A stretch of DNA of 64,000 nucleotides from assembly GCA_963765205.1 (NCBI GenBank), contig CAVXVB010000009.1:352001-416000 (forward strand). Direction: 5' to 3'. Shown in pieces: positions 8,434-18,881 of this stretch; the first letter of the stretch is position 1, and each line of letters begins with the position of its first letter. The position numbers and the translations under genes were made by a program. The notes below the pieces were generated by a model. The model was not told where the DNA came from, ran no database searches, and worked only from the letters and a program-made list of their open reading frames with translations. Source of the DNA: an uncultured Verrucomicrobiae bacterium (lineage in GTDB: Bacteria; Verrucomicrobiota; Verrucomicrobiia; Opitutales; JABDGR01).

Positions 8434-9213
8434 ATGAATGTAATGGAAAATACTCTAACCCATAGAGACAGACAAATTGTCTGCGGTCTCTTTTTGTCAA
8501 AGTATGGGCGGGAAGGGTTGAAGTTCTTGGGGTTCGAGAATTTTGCTGAGGCATACAACGCACTCGGATATGGTTTGGGCGCGAAGCCAATGTCTATCAA
8601 AAATTATCGAGATGAATTTGATCCATATTTTCCTAACGAAAGAAAGGGCTGGCATGGGCGGCCCTTGCGGGATTTTTGCAAGGCGATTATGGATGCGTTT
8701 GCAGCCGCTACCTTGACTGATCTAGGCAGCCTTATTAAAAGATTTGTTGCACCAGAGACTGGCTTGCAGCAGATGGCGGAAGTGCAGAGAGTCATCAAGG
8801 CGCACGAGCCGGACGCTGAATCAGCATTTGCGAAACGTTTAATTACAGGCAAGGCCGCAGAAGAGTATTTCTTGGCTCATTGGCCTGGCATGACTGAATT
8901 CGCTGGGATGTCGCTTTCAGACACAACAAGCTGGGGCTGTGGGTTCGACTTCAAAATGACTCATCCTGTGAACAACTCATACTCTGCGGTTGAGGTAAAA
9001 GGATTAAGAGCCAAAACCGGCCAAATTCAATTCACCGAGCTCGAATATGCAATGGCCGAAGCCTTGGTAAACAGGTTTTACCTGGTGCTCGTTAGAAATT
9101 TTGTTGAAAAGCCCTTCCACAGTATTATCAGAAATCCATTGCATTCTGATTTGAATTTCAAACGAAAAGAGCGGAAGGAGGTTTTTGTGTCATGGTCAGC
9201 AAGTGTCAATTAA
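8434..9213 (+). CDS. DUF3883 (NO VEIN C-terminal) PD-(D/E)xK nuclease-domain protein
   Basis: GKAAEEYF...GCGFDF...AVEVKG...FTELEY...FYLVLV; distinct N-terminal domain containing SIKNYRDEFDP. Confidence 0.78.
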   Translation: MNVMENTLTHRDRQIVCGLFLSKYGREGLKFLGFENFAEAYNALGYGLGAKPMSIKNYRDEFDPYFPNERKGWHGRPLRDFCKAIMDAFAAATLTDLGSLIKRFVAPETGLQQMAEVQRVIKAHEPDAESAFAKRLITGKAAEEYFLAHWPGMTEFAGMSLSDTTSWGCGFDFKMTHPVNNSYSAVEVKGLRAKTGQIQFTELEYAMAEALVNRFYLVLVRNFVEKPFHSIIRNPLHSDLNFKRKERKEVFVSWSASVN

Positions 9214-9242
9214 AAACCGAAGCCTGCGTTTATTTCTTTTGC

Positions 9243-9467
9243 GTGAAAAGTCAGGAAGTAAAATTACAGATAGTAGGGGCATTAGATAATGCCTTGCGAA
9301 AATCTCGCTGCGGGAGACTAGTCGGTGCTGGAACCTCTCTCTGCGATGTCGGCACCTACACGGTTGAGCTTTTAGTGAAGGATCGATACCGCTGCCAGGA
9401 TGCCGTGGCACAATGCTGCGCGGGTTTGGAATTGGACGATTACGAAATGAGCTTTTACGATGATTAG
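9243..9467 (+). CDS. Small hypothetical protein
   Basis: Co-oriented ORF in the AT-richer cassette, GTG start, Cys-rich with acidic tail. Confidence 0.4.
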   Translation: MKSQEVKLQIVGALDNALRKSRCGRLVGAGTSLCDVGTYTVELLVKDRYRCQDAVAQCCAGLELDDYEMSFYDD

Positions 9468-9495
9468 CGCGTATCCAGTTTTTTTGCGTTGGTAG

Positions 9496-9714
9496 ATGAG
9501 AAGGGCCACAAGGTGGGCAGTTCAGTACACGGTGCTTGCTCGCCGTGCAGGCACAATTGCCGCTCTTGCACGAGTTATAAGCGAGCGGGATGTTTCAAAA
9601 GGACTTAGGCGCACACTCCTTACGCAAGCTAGGCGTCTTGAAAAGCTGGCATTCCAACGAGTGCAAGAGTTAGGGATCGTTGAGGATTTCAAAAAGAATC
9701 AGGAGGAAGAGTAA
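9496..9714 (+). CDS. Small hypothetical protein
   Basis: 72-aa co-oriented ORF ending next to the cassette junction. Confidence 0.4.
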   Translation: MRRATRWAVQYTVLARRAGTIAALARVISERDVSKGLRRTLLTQARRLEKLAFQRVQELGIVEDFKKNQEEE

Positions 9715-9726
9715 AAGCCCGAGAAG

Positions 9727-9789
9727 TTAGCCGGACGCTTCCTTGCCCTGGTAGCGCGACCATTTTCTCTTGAATTCAGCGGCGGTCAT
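9727..9789 (-). pseudogene. 5' remnant (20 codons) of the same MmeI-like RM gene
   Basis: ATG at 9789 gives MTAAEFKRKWSRYQGKEASG*, resembling the MTxxEFxxKW...KE start of MmeI-like proteins; same strand as the 3' remnant. Confidence 0.72.
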
Positions 9790-9982
9790 GGTCGAAAAGC
9801 GGGGGAAGGCGTGGCGAGCGGGGACGAGCGGCGGGCGGCCGGCCAGGCGGCCCTATTTACACCGCTTCGCCGCCCCTTGTAAAGCGGCCCTTTTTGCCCA
9901 GGCGGGGAATTGACAGGCGGGCGGCGGTGGCTGATGCTGGGCGGGCGGCGCTCGCCCGCCGCTCCTGGTCTCCCCCTTCGCC

Positions 9983-11014
9983 ATGGCCCTTTATCCCGAA
10001 GAAGTCGCGGAAAAGCATCACCCCATGCTGCAAAATTTGTGGCGGCGTTTGGATAATGCCGTGGGTGCCTTGCGAGATATGGCCGAGCTGTCCTCCCACC
10101 TGGATGCCCAGGGCGCGGCGGAAGACCACCCCGTCGGCTCCCAAGCGCGGGAATGGGCGCGATTGCGCGATCACTTCGATTTCATGCTCAGTTGCCAGAT
10201 CGACTCGCTTTCGCACCTGCTCAAAAAAAGAGTCGAGACGACGCGAAGCCTCGACCTGCTGGTGGAAGGGGTCATCGGTAAACGCGGCGATGCGCAGGAC
10301 ACTTTGCGTTTGATGCGGCGTTGTCACGCCCTGTTCGGCGACGACACGCTCCCCGATGGGGAAGCTCTGGAAGAAACTTTCCCTGAATTATTCGTCTGGG
10401 ACACCTACCAGCGGGTGTCCGCGCTGGCCCAACTGGCCGAGGAGTATCCCAAGCACGTCCGGCACGCCGCCCGGCGGATGCGCGGCTGGCCCATGATCGT
10501 CTCCCACCACCTCGATGGCCGGGCCGAATTCGCGCGTTTGGCCGCGCGCCTCGAACTCGGGCGCGATTATCCCCTCGATGTCTCGCCCCGCCGGAAGCGC
10601 GGCACGGAGACCGCTTTGCTTCGATATTTGGAGCCGCTGCTGGGGCGCTTCGATGACTGCCGCTGGTGGCTGCTGCATTGGGGAGGGCGAAAATGGCCCC
10701 AAACGGACCTTGACAAACAAAACGCTTTTTTATTGTCCGATTGGACGGACCCCCGGCCCGGCCCGGAAGTGGCCGCCCTCCTCCGAAAATTGCCGACCCT
10801 GCCGCCGCTCACCAAAAAATCGACGTTGCGCTGGTCGCGCGAAATCATCGTGCCCATCATCATGGCCACGGACACGGGCGAGCGCGCGACCTGCCAGGTT
10901 CCCGCCTTGCTCAACCTCTGGCGGCATCGCGGCGTCAAAAGCCGCGGCACCTTCAAATCCCATTTGCAGAGCGCCGTGATGGACACCTTGCAACGCTTCG
11001 CCCGCCCGGACTGA
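9983..11014 (+). CDS. Hypothetical protein (343 aa)
   Basis: Long ORF with genome-like codon usage; TTGACA-17-GATGCT at 9910 upstream; no motif recognised. Confidence 0.75.
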   Translation: MALYPEEVAEKHHPMLQNLWRRLDNAVGALRDMAELSSHLDAQGAAEDHPVGSQAREWARLRDHFDFMLSCQIDSLSHLLKKRVETTRSLDLLVEGVIGKRGDAQDTLRLMRRCHALFGDDTLPDGEALEETFPELFVWDTYQRVSALAQLAEEYPKHVRHAARRMRGWPMIVSHHLDGRAEFARLAARLELGRDYPLDVSPRRKRGTETALLRYLEPLLGRFDDCRWWLLHWGGRKWPQTDLDKQNAFLLSDWTDPRPGPEVAALLRKLPTLPPLTKKSTLRWSREIIVPIIMATDTGERATCQVPALLNLWRHRGVKSRGTFKSHLQSAVMDTLQRFARPD

Positions 11015-11044
11015 GGCCCGGTTGCGCGCCAGGCCGCCCGGTGG

Positions 11045-11118
11045 CGCGCTCCCCGGCGGGATGTTTGCGCGGGATGCCGGGCGACCGCGCTCCGGCGGGG
11101 CGATTTTTTGCGCGGGAT
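11045..11118. repeat. Imperfect tandem repeat ending in TTTGCGCGGGAT
   Basis: CGCGCTCC(CC)GGCGGG...TTTGCGCGGGAT at 11045-11075 and 11086-11118. Confidence 0.6.
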
Positions 11119-11230
11119 CGGCGGCGATGCCCCGTAAAATTGCGCGGCATTCCCGCCTAAAAAACGCCCGCGCGAAATTTGCTTTTTTGCGGGCGCCGGG
11201 CGATGGTGCGTCGTATCACGCCGAACCGCC

Positions 11231-11428
11231 ATGACCTTCCTCGATTCCTCCGCCATCCGGTGGGCCGATTACGATTTCTTTTCTCAAGTGCTGACCATCC
11301 AGTTCACCGGCGGCGGGTCGCATTACAGCTTTTACCGCGTCCCGGCCTGGGTCTTTCATGAATTGATCCACGCCGCTTCGCCGGGCCGCTACTACCACGA
11401 GCATATCCGCGACCGCTATAGCCGATAA
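11231..11428 (+). CDS. KTSC-domain protein
   Basis: SSAIRWADYD...LTIQF..G..Y.FYRVP..VF..L..AASPGRYYHEHIRDRY. Confidence 0.88.
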   Translation: MTFLDSSAIRWADYDFFSQVLTIQFTGGGSHYSFYRVPAWVFHELIHAASPGRYYHEHIRDRYSR

Positions 11429-11432
11429 AACC

Positions 11433-12135
11433 ATGGCCCGCACCGGCAAAATCGCCCGCCTGCCCCGCGCCCTGCGCGAGGAGCTGAACCGCCACCTCGA
11501 CGAGGGCGAAGCGGGCGTGGACCTCGTCGCCTGGCTGAACGGCCGGCGCGGAGGTCCAGGCGGTCCTCGCGGCCTCCTTTGGCGGCCGCGCGATCAATGA
11601 GCAAAACCTCACCGAGTGGAAACAGGGCGGCTTTGCCGACTGGCGGCTGCACCAGGAGGCGCGCGCCTGGTTTGGCGGGCTGGTTGAACAAGCCGCGGAT
11701 TTGGGGGCGGACGCCGGCGCGGCCTCGGTGGCCGAACACCTGTCCGGGCCGCTGGCGGTGGCCTTGGGCCGGTGCGCCCAGCAGGCCGCCCTGGGCGCCG
11801 GCGCCGACCCCGAGCAGCGGAAGTTGCTGATTGGCGCCGCGCGGGAACTCAATCAATTGCGGCGCGGCGATCAGCTCGAACAACGCTTGCGTGCCGAACG
11901 CGAGGAGCGGGCCAGGCAACTGGCGCAGGAAGAGAAGAGGAAGCGATTGAACGCGGAGAGCGACGCCCGCTTAGCCCGGCAATTCCCAGACCTTTTCCCG
12001 GGCACGGAGACGGGGAGCGCCCGCGCGATTACTCCAGAATTGCGGGCGGTCTATTTGGAAATCAAAAAATTGCCCGGAGCCAAGCCCTGCCTGGCGGCGG
12101 CCGCGGCCCCGCCGAATCCGGCCAAATCAAAGTAA
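11433..12135 (+). pseudogene. Phage Mu Gp27-like (DUF3486-like) protein, frameshifted near 11545-11551
   Basis: MARTGKIARLPRALREELNRHL...WLNG continues in the +1 frame as EVQAVLAASFGGRAINEQNLTEWKQGG into ORF 11701-12135. Confidence 0.65.
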
Positions 12136-12156
12136 ATCAAACCAAATCAAACCAAA
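12122..12156. repeat. 10-bp tandem repeat (AAATCAAAGT/AAATCAAACC) at the gene end
   Basis: ccaaatcaaagtaaatcaaaccaaatcaaaccaaa. Confidence 0.8.
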
Positions 12157-12346
12157 AAAAGGCGGGGTGCGCCATTCCGGGTTGCCATTCCGGAATGTCC
12201 CAGTCCACGCAAACCAGGCGGCGACCCGCAATTCAGGCCCATTCGCAGCGAGTTGCTTTCGTCGTGGTGCATGGCTTTAAGGGCCGCTTCGATTCGATCA
12301 ATGAGCACCTTCTGCCGCCGTCCCCCCGCCCCGTCCCCTTAAAAAT

Positions 12347-12387
12347 TACGGTGGCGCCGTAAGGATTTTCCCTAGGGAAACACCGCT
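12347..12387. promoter_or_regulatory. Three overlapping TANGG-N5-CCNNN boxes
   Basis: TACGG-TGGCG-CCGTA, TAAGG-ATTTT-CCCTA, TAGGG-AAACA-CCGCT at 13-bp period. Confidence 0.6.
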
Positions 12388-12467
12388 TGAGCACCCATTT
12401 ACAGCATTCGCCGGTTTCAGTATAGTTGAGCCGGCCGATTAGCTTAACCATCAACCCAAACAAAACC

Positions 12468-12752
12468 ATGTTACCCGTTTACACCATTGATTACATCGTG
12501 TTCCCCCAGCACAGCACCCGCGTCTTGACCCACCGCACCGATGACCCGGTGGAAGTCGAGGACTTTTTGATGCACTTGCTCGCCACGGGCGCGCGCATCA
12601 AGGAAATCCGCCACGAGGGCGCCGCCCTGAGCGGCCATCAATTTCACCAGATGCTCAAGGTCGCCGCCAGCCGCATCGCCGCTCAAATGCTGCGCCAATC
12701 GCTCGACCTCGATGCGGTCAAGGTCAAGGACCGGTTTGGCTTCGCGTCCTAA
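12468..12752 (+). CDS. Hypothetical protein (94 aa)
   Basis: ATG after an A/C-rich leader; strong GC3 bias. Confidence 0.8.
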   Translation: MLPVYTIDYIVFPQHSTRVLTHRTDDPVEVEDFLMHLLATGARIKEIRHEGAALSGHQFHQMLKVAASRIAAQMLRQSLDLDAVKVKDRFGFAS

Positions 12753-12897
12753 GGAAGCGAAAGCCCGGGAGCGTCCAAATTTACGGCCCTCCCGCCGCCG
12801 CGGGCAGGGTTGCGCCCCATCGAAGCCAACGCCTTCCGCCTAAAATACCGCCCTTGAGTTTGCCGGCCAACCCAACCGACCAAAGACGGATTGTCCC

Positions 12898-13637
<740 letters not shown>

Positions 13638-13641
<4 letters not shown>

Positions 13642-14936
13642 ATGCCGATGACCCAAAACCGGAAGCCCAACCCGCCGCGCCTGCGCCTAAAGTCCAGGCC
13701 GGGGAGCCGAAGCCCATGGCCAAAACAGATGAGCTTAAGCCGGCAGCCAAAGTGGTCGAACCCCAACCCGCCGCCAACACAGGCGAGCCAAAGCCCGTCG
13801 CGAAGACCGACGCGCCCAAGGCGGAAACCAACGCATCCAAGCCCCGCGGGGATTTCAGAAACAAAATCATTTTTAGCCTCGCAATCATCGGCCTGCTGGC
13901 CGGTTTGGGCGCGGCCTACTACTTTGGCCGGTTGCGGAAGCTCCCGCCGCCCGTGTTTAAGCCGGTCAGCAGCCCCTACGCTTCCGCCATCTTTGCCAAT
14001 GGCATGATCGAGAGCGAGCAGTCGAGCGGCGAAAACATCAACATCTTTCCGGAAGTTTCCGGCCCCATCACCCGGCTGCTGGTGAAAGAAGGTCAGAGCG
14101 TGACGGCCGGCGCGCCGCTGTTCTCCCTTGATGATTCAGTGCAGAAAGCAACCACCGAGCAACTCCGACTGCAGGCCGAAGCGGCCCAGGCGCTGCTGCA
14201 GGAACTCCAGGCGGAGCCGCGCGCGGAGACGCTGGCGGTGGCCGCGGCGCAAGTGGTGCAGGCCCAGGCCAATCTGAAGGCGGCCCAGGACCAATACGAC
14301 AAGGACCGCGCTTCCTACGACATTGCCCCGAAATCCATCAGCCAGGATGTGCTGGATACGGCGGCGGACGCCGTCCAGCAGGACGCCGCCGCGCTGGACG
14401 TGGCCCAAAAGCAATTTGACCTGACCAAGGCCGGGGCGTGGAGTTACGACATCGCCAACCAGCAGCGGACCTATGATGCGCTCGAGCAAGCCTACCAGTC
14501 GGCGAACGCGTTGCTGCAAAAATTTACGGTCAAAGCCCCCGTTGATGGAGTGGTGCTGACGGTGGCGGGCGCCGTCGGCAGCTATGTGTCGTCGCAGGGC
14601 GCCTATGACACCTACACCCAGGAATTCGACCCCCTCGTGGTCATGAGCGCGCCCCAGGATTATTTGGACGTGCGTTGTTATGTGGACGAGATCCTGATTT
14701 CCCGGCTGCCCTCGCATTTTCATATTCAAGCGCAGATGTCCATCTTGGGGTCCGAGCTGAAGGTGCCGCTGGAGTTCGTGCGCGTGGAACCTTACGTTTC
14801 GCCGAAAATTGAGCTCTCGAATGAGCGCCAGGAACAGGTGGACCTGCGGGTGCTGCCGGTGATTTTCCGCTTCGAGAAGAAGGACTTCCCGGTTTATCCC
14901 GGCCAGTTGGTGGATGTTTACATCGGCGCGCAATAG
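13638..14936 (+). CDS. Membrane fusion protein (HlyD/DevB-like)
   Basis: TM anchor, VKEGQSVTAGAPL, coiled coil, VKAPVDGVV; Pro/Ala/Lys-rich N-terminus with duplicated GEPKPxAKTD. Confidence 0.92.
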
Positions 14937-14968
14937 GGCCGCGATCAATGCCATTCCGAGCGAATGCG

Positions 14969-16453
14969 ATGAAATACTTGCGATCATCAATCCTGCCGGC
15001 CGTCGGCCTCACCCTCTGCATCGCGGTGGGCGGCGGTTGCGCGGTCGGCCCGGATTTCATCCCCCCCGCGCCGCCGCCTACGGACCGCTACACCAGCGAG
15101 GCGCAACCGGCCGATCCGGTCCCGGCGGACGGCCAGGTGCAGCATTTCTCGCCCGGGACTGTGCTGCCGGCCGATTGGTGGCGGCTGTTTAAGTCGGCGC
15201 AACTCGATGCGGTGGTCGGCAAAGCCGTCGCGGATAACCCAACCCTCCAGGCCTCCGAGGCCACCTTGCGTGAAAGTCAGGACAGCCTGCGCGCGGGCGA
15301 TGGCGTGTTCTACCCGCAAATTCAAGGCGGAGCATCCGCCTTTCGGGAGCGCACGGCGGCGTCGCAAAACGGCGCCGGGACTCCCGGCCGGATTTTCAAT
15401 CTGATAACGCTGAGCGGCACCATCAGCTATGCCATTGATGTGTTTGGGGGTGAGCGCCGCGCGGTGGAAAGTTTACAAGCCCAGGCCGACTATGCGGGTT
15501 ATGAGAGCCTGGCGGCGTATCTGGCATTGACGACGAATGTTGTTAACACCAGCATTGCGCGCGCCGCCTATGCGGCTGAGATTCGTGCAACCAAAGAATT
15601 AATCGAACTGCAGAACCAGCAACTTCTTCTTACTGAAGCACAGGTTCGCGCCGGCACCGCCCCCTATGCGAACGTGTTGAGTCTGCGCAGCCTGCTTGCC
15701 GCCAACCAGGCGGCGTTGGCGCCGCTGGAGCAGAATGTCAGCCAAGCTGAGCATTTGCTGGCGACGTTGGAAGGCGCGCTGCCCTCCCAGGTCACCCTGC
15801 CGGACATTGACTTGGCCGCCCTGACCCTGCCGGTGGACTTGCCGGTAAGCCTGCCGTCCGACTTGGTGAAACAGCGTCCGGACATTCTGGCGGCTCAGGC
15901 GCAAATGCATGAGGCCAGCGCGAAAATCGGCGTGGCAACCGCGGCGATGTTCCCCAGTTTCAGCCTGACCGGCGCCTATGGCGCCGCCGGCCCCAATCTT
16001 AGCGCGCTTTCGGCGGCCAGCGGCCAGTTCTGGAGCATCGGCCCCTCCGCCACGGTGCCCCTCTTTCAAGGGGGAAGTTTGTGGTATGGCCGGAGTGCGG
16101 CCATTGACGCCTACCAGCAGTCGCAGGCCATTTATCGTCAAACCGTGTTGGGCGCGTTTGCGCAAGTTGCGGATTCCCTGAAGGCGCTGGAGCACGACGC
16201 CGAGGCGCTCCAGGCCCAGACCGAAGCCAGGAACGCCGCCGGCGACGCCCTCAATCTTTTGCAGGCCAATTACCGGGCGGGGTTGGTGGACTACCTGGAG
16301 GTGTTCACGGCCGACGTGCAATTCCACCAGGCGACCATCGCCTACCTGCAGGCGGTCGCGCTGCGCTACCAGGACACCGTCGCTTTGTTCGCCGCGCTGG
16401 GCGGCGGCTGGTGGAATGAACCGGCGGCAACCGGCCAAGGAGGGTTGCCATGA
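14969..16453 (+). CDS. Outer-membrane efflux lipoprotein (NodT/OprM family)
   Basis: GCAVGPDF lipobox, WWRLF, LPSDLVKQRPDI, ALGGGWW. Confidence 0.95.
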   Translation: MKYLRSSILPAVGLTLCIAVGGGCAVGPDFIPPAPPPTDRYTSEAQPADPVPADGQVQHFSPGTVLPADWWRLFKSAQLDAVVGKAVADNPTLQASEATLRESQDSLRAGDGVFYPQIQGGASAFRERTAASQNGAGTPGRIFNLITLSGTISYAIDVFGGERRAVESLQAQADYAGYESLAAYLALTTNVVNTSIARAAYAAEIRATKELIELQNQQLLLTEAQVRAGTAPYANVLSLRSLLAANQAALAPLEQNVSQAEHLLATLEGALPSQVTLPDIDLAALTLPVDLPVSLPSDLVKQRPDILAAQAQMHEASAKIGVATAAMFPSFSLTGAYGAAGPNLSALSAASGQFWSIGPSATVPLFQGGSLWYGRSAAIDAYQQSQAIYRQTVLGAFAQVADSLKALEHDAEALQAQTEARNAAGDALNLLQANYRAGLVDYLEVFTADVQFHQATIAYLQAVALRYQDTVALFAALGGGWWNEPAATGQGGLP

Positions 16454-17592
16454 AATACAGTGGCATTCTACGCATTGGGTTCAAGCTGCTGGTGAACGAC
16501 AAAGCGAAGTTCACCGCGCTGTTGATGGGGATCACCTTCGCGGTGTTCCTGATGATGCTGATGACGGCGATGTTCGCCGGCATCCTCAACCGCGCCTATT
16601 CGAATGTCACCAATATCGGGGGTGCGATGTGGGTCATGGATCCGGGGGTCAACACCCCCACCAGCGCAATTCCGATGCCCGATTATGTATTGGACGCGGT
16701 GCGCAGCATGGACGGGGTCAGTTACGCGGTGCCCCTCTTTGTCGGGGGCGCGCTGGTCCGGCTCACCAGCGGCGACTATCAATCGGTCAATGTCATCGGT
16801 TTGGATGACGACAGCCTGTTTGGCCGCCCCGAACTTGAACAGGGCAGCATTCAGGACATTTATGCCGACAACACCTTCATCGGGGTGGACGACTCTGAAT
16901 TCACGAAGCTGGAAAATCCGAAGATCGGCACCTCGTTCGAACTCAATGACCACCGCGGCACGATTGTGGGCATCGCCAAGGTCGCCGCGAACGGCCTCAA
17001 TGGCGTGCCGACGCTCTACACCACCTACAACCGCGCCATCGAATACCTCCCGTCCACGCGGTTCACCATGTCCTATGTGATTGTGCAGCCGAAGAATGAC
17101 GCGGCCGTGGCCGGGATCGAGCAGCAGGTCGCCCAGCTCGGCTATGTCGCTTACACCAAGGCCGAATTCAACCAACGGATCGCCAATTATTATACCTACC
17201 AGACCGGCATTGGCATCAACGTGCTGTTCATGACCGTGATGAGCTTTATTGTGGGGCTGTCCATCTCGGGCCAGACCTTTTACACCTTCATCCTTGAAAA
17301 CCTGGAGAAATTTGGCGCGCTCAAAGCCATTGGCGCCAAGAATCGAGAGTTGGTTTACATGATCCTGTTCATGGCGACTGTGACGGCGCTCACCGGCTAT
17401 GGTTTGGGCATCGGGTTGGTGACGTTGGTGATCGCGATTGGTCGCGCCCGGCTGGCCAACTACGCGGCAATTGTCACCTTCTGGAATATCAGTCTGGCCC
17501 TTTGCATGGTCATCCTGATTGCCGGCATCTCCAGTTATGTCGGCATCCGCAAAGTCCTTAAAATCGAGCCGTTCGACATTTTCCGGGGTTAG
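16450..17592 (+). CDS. ABC exporter permease (FtsX/MacB/DevC-like)
   Basis: N-terminal TM, periplasmic loop, FGALKAIGA, C-terminal TMs. Confidence 0.92.
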   Translation: MKYSGILRIGFKLLVNDKAKFTALLMGITFAVFLMMLMTAMFAGILNRAYSNVTNIGGAMWVMDPGVNTPTSAIPMPDYVLDAVRSMDGVSYAVPLFVGGALVRLTSGDYQSVNVIGLDDDSLFGRPELEQGSIQDIYADNTFIGVDDSEFTKLENPKIGTSFELNDHRGTIVGIAKVAANGLNGVPTLYTTYNRAIEYLPSTRFTMSYVIVQPKNDAAVAGIEQQVAQLGYVAYTKAEFNQRIANYYTYQTGIGINVLFMTVMSFIVGLSISGQTFYTFILENLEKFGALKAIGAKNRELVYMILFMATVTALTGYGLGIGLVTLVIAIGRARLANYAAIVTFWNISLALCMVILIAGISSYVGIRKVLKIEPFDIFRG

Positions 17593-17593
17593 T

Positions 17594-17992
17594 TCATTCA
17601 CTGATTTCACCTTCGCGGTTGGCTTGGCGCATTTGCTCCCGCCCGGCGGCTTGGACGCCCCGCTCGACGAGCCTCTCCGCATCGCTGCGCCCTTCGTTGT
17701 CTTCATCGTCACCGGTGGGGACTTGCACTTTGTATCCAATTGAGCCGGTCAGGGGATCCCAGCGTTCGGATTCGGCCGCTGAAGGCTGCGTCGTTTCCGA
17801 TGGCTCCGGTTCAGATTCGATCCGCAATTCCCGCTTCGCCTGCTCCCAATCGGACTTCGACACATCCTGCGCGGAACGGCCCTTGCGGTAGGCCAGTTCG
17901 ACCGCTCGCTCGCGGGCCAGCTTGCGGCTCGCCTTGCTGCGGTCGGGGGAGTTTTCAGTCAGGGCATGTTGCTTTAGGGAATTGTTTTTCAT
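17594..17992 (-). CDS. DUF2934-like small protein
   Basis: RERAVELAYRKGR...DWEQAKREL. Confidence 0.65.
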   Translation of the reverse strand: MKNNSLKQHALTENSPDRSKASRKLARERAVELAYRKGRSAQDVSKSDWEQAKRELRIESEPEPSETTQPSAAESERWDPLTGSIGYKVQVPTGDDEDNEGRSDAERLVERGVQAAGREQMRQANREGEISE

Positions 17993-18093
17993 GGCAAATT
18001 ATTCCTGTCCAGTAGAAAGGGGTGGATGTTGAGCAGGGTGTTTATCTCGCGCGCACCGCGATCCGCCGGCGCCGGCGGTGGAGAGGAAAAAGA

Positions 18094-18549
18094 TTACGCC
18101 GTCTGGGGGCTGAAGCTGGCGCGGTCATCGGCTTCGAGCCAGTCGAACGTGGTGCTCTTTTCGGGATTCAGCCCGAGTTTGGTGCAATTCTCGATGAAGC
18201 CCGCGCGTTTCTCTGGATTTTTCATCGGGCTGCCGGCTTCCACTTCATCCGACCAGGCTTTGATTTCCGCCGGCGTTTTCGCCATGCCGTTGGCTAGGAG
18301 CCAGGCGCCGACTTGCTCATAATTTTCCGAGTTTTGCACGACGGCCTTGAATTGCGCGCCGTTGATCCCCTTGAAGGTGAAGAGCATATTGTCCAGCGGA
18401 CAATCGTAATGGTATTCGCCGAGTGTGCCAGCCACGCTGGCGCGGCATTTATCAATGGCCCGGTTGGCAATGGCAAAGCCGGCGAGGCGCTCGCGCGGGC
18501 TGTGCGGGGCATGGCGGGTGAGGTCACGGGCGATAATGGTGGTGTTCAT
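18094..18549 (-). CDS. DUF5069-domain protein
   Basis: DLTRHAPHSPRERLAG...IDKCRA...GEYHYDCPLD; ATG at 18549. Confidence 0.8.
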   Translation of the reverse strand: MNTTIIARDLTRHAPHSPRERLAGFAIANRAIDKCRASVAGTLGEYHYDCPLDNMLFTFKGINGAQFKAVVQNSENYEQVGAWLLANGMAKTPAEIKAWSDEVEAGSPMKNPEKRAGFIENCTKLGLNPEKSTTFDWLEADDRASFSPQTA

Positions 18550-18593
18550 ATATTTTATTTTTCTGTTAGTTGAAGAAAAAGATCCGATTTCCA

Positions 18594-18851
18594 CTATTTG
18601 CGATTGGGATAGCCATGTGTCCGGGTGAGGGTGCGCTCCTGGATCAATTTCGCCTCCGCCTCCAGCCAGTGCCGTTCATGGTTTCCGTGCAGCGAGCCTT
18701 GGTGGACAAAACTGGCGTAGGCGCGGGCGGCCACGTCTGCAGCGGAGGGCCGGGAATCATGGGTGTCTTGGTTTAATTCTCCGGCGGAAGCCACATGGGC
18801 CGCGCCGGCGGGTTTTTGATTTTGATCCTGATAGTAATGACGGGTTTTCAT
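18594..18851 (-). CDS. DUF2934-domain protein
   Basis: PSAADVAARAY...G..HG....HWLEAEAKL. Confidence 0.8.
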   Translation of the reverse strand: MKTRHYYQDQNQKPAGAAHVASAGELNQDTHDSRPSAADVAARAYASFVHQGSLHGNHERHWLEAEAKLIQERTLTRTHGYPNRK

Positions 18852-18881
18852 ACGGGGAGCATAGCCCATGCACCGATGTAT

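Noticed and set aside
9983..12135. Complete prophage
   Set aside because: No integrase, large terminase, portal, capsid or tail genes
16468..17739. 423-aa minus-strand ORF
   Set aside because: Antisense shadow of the ABC permease
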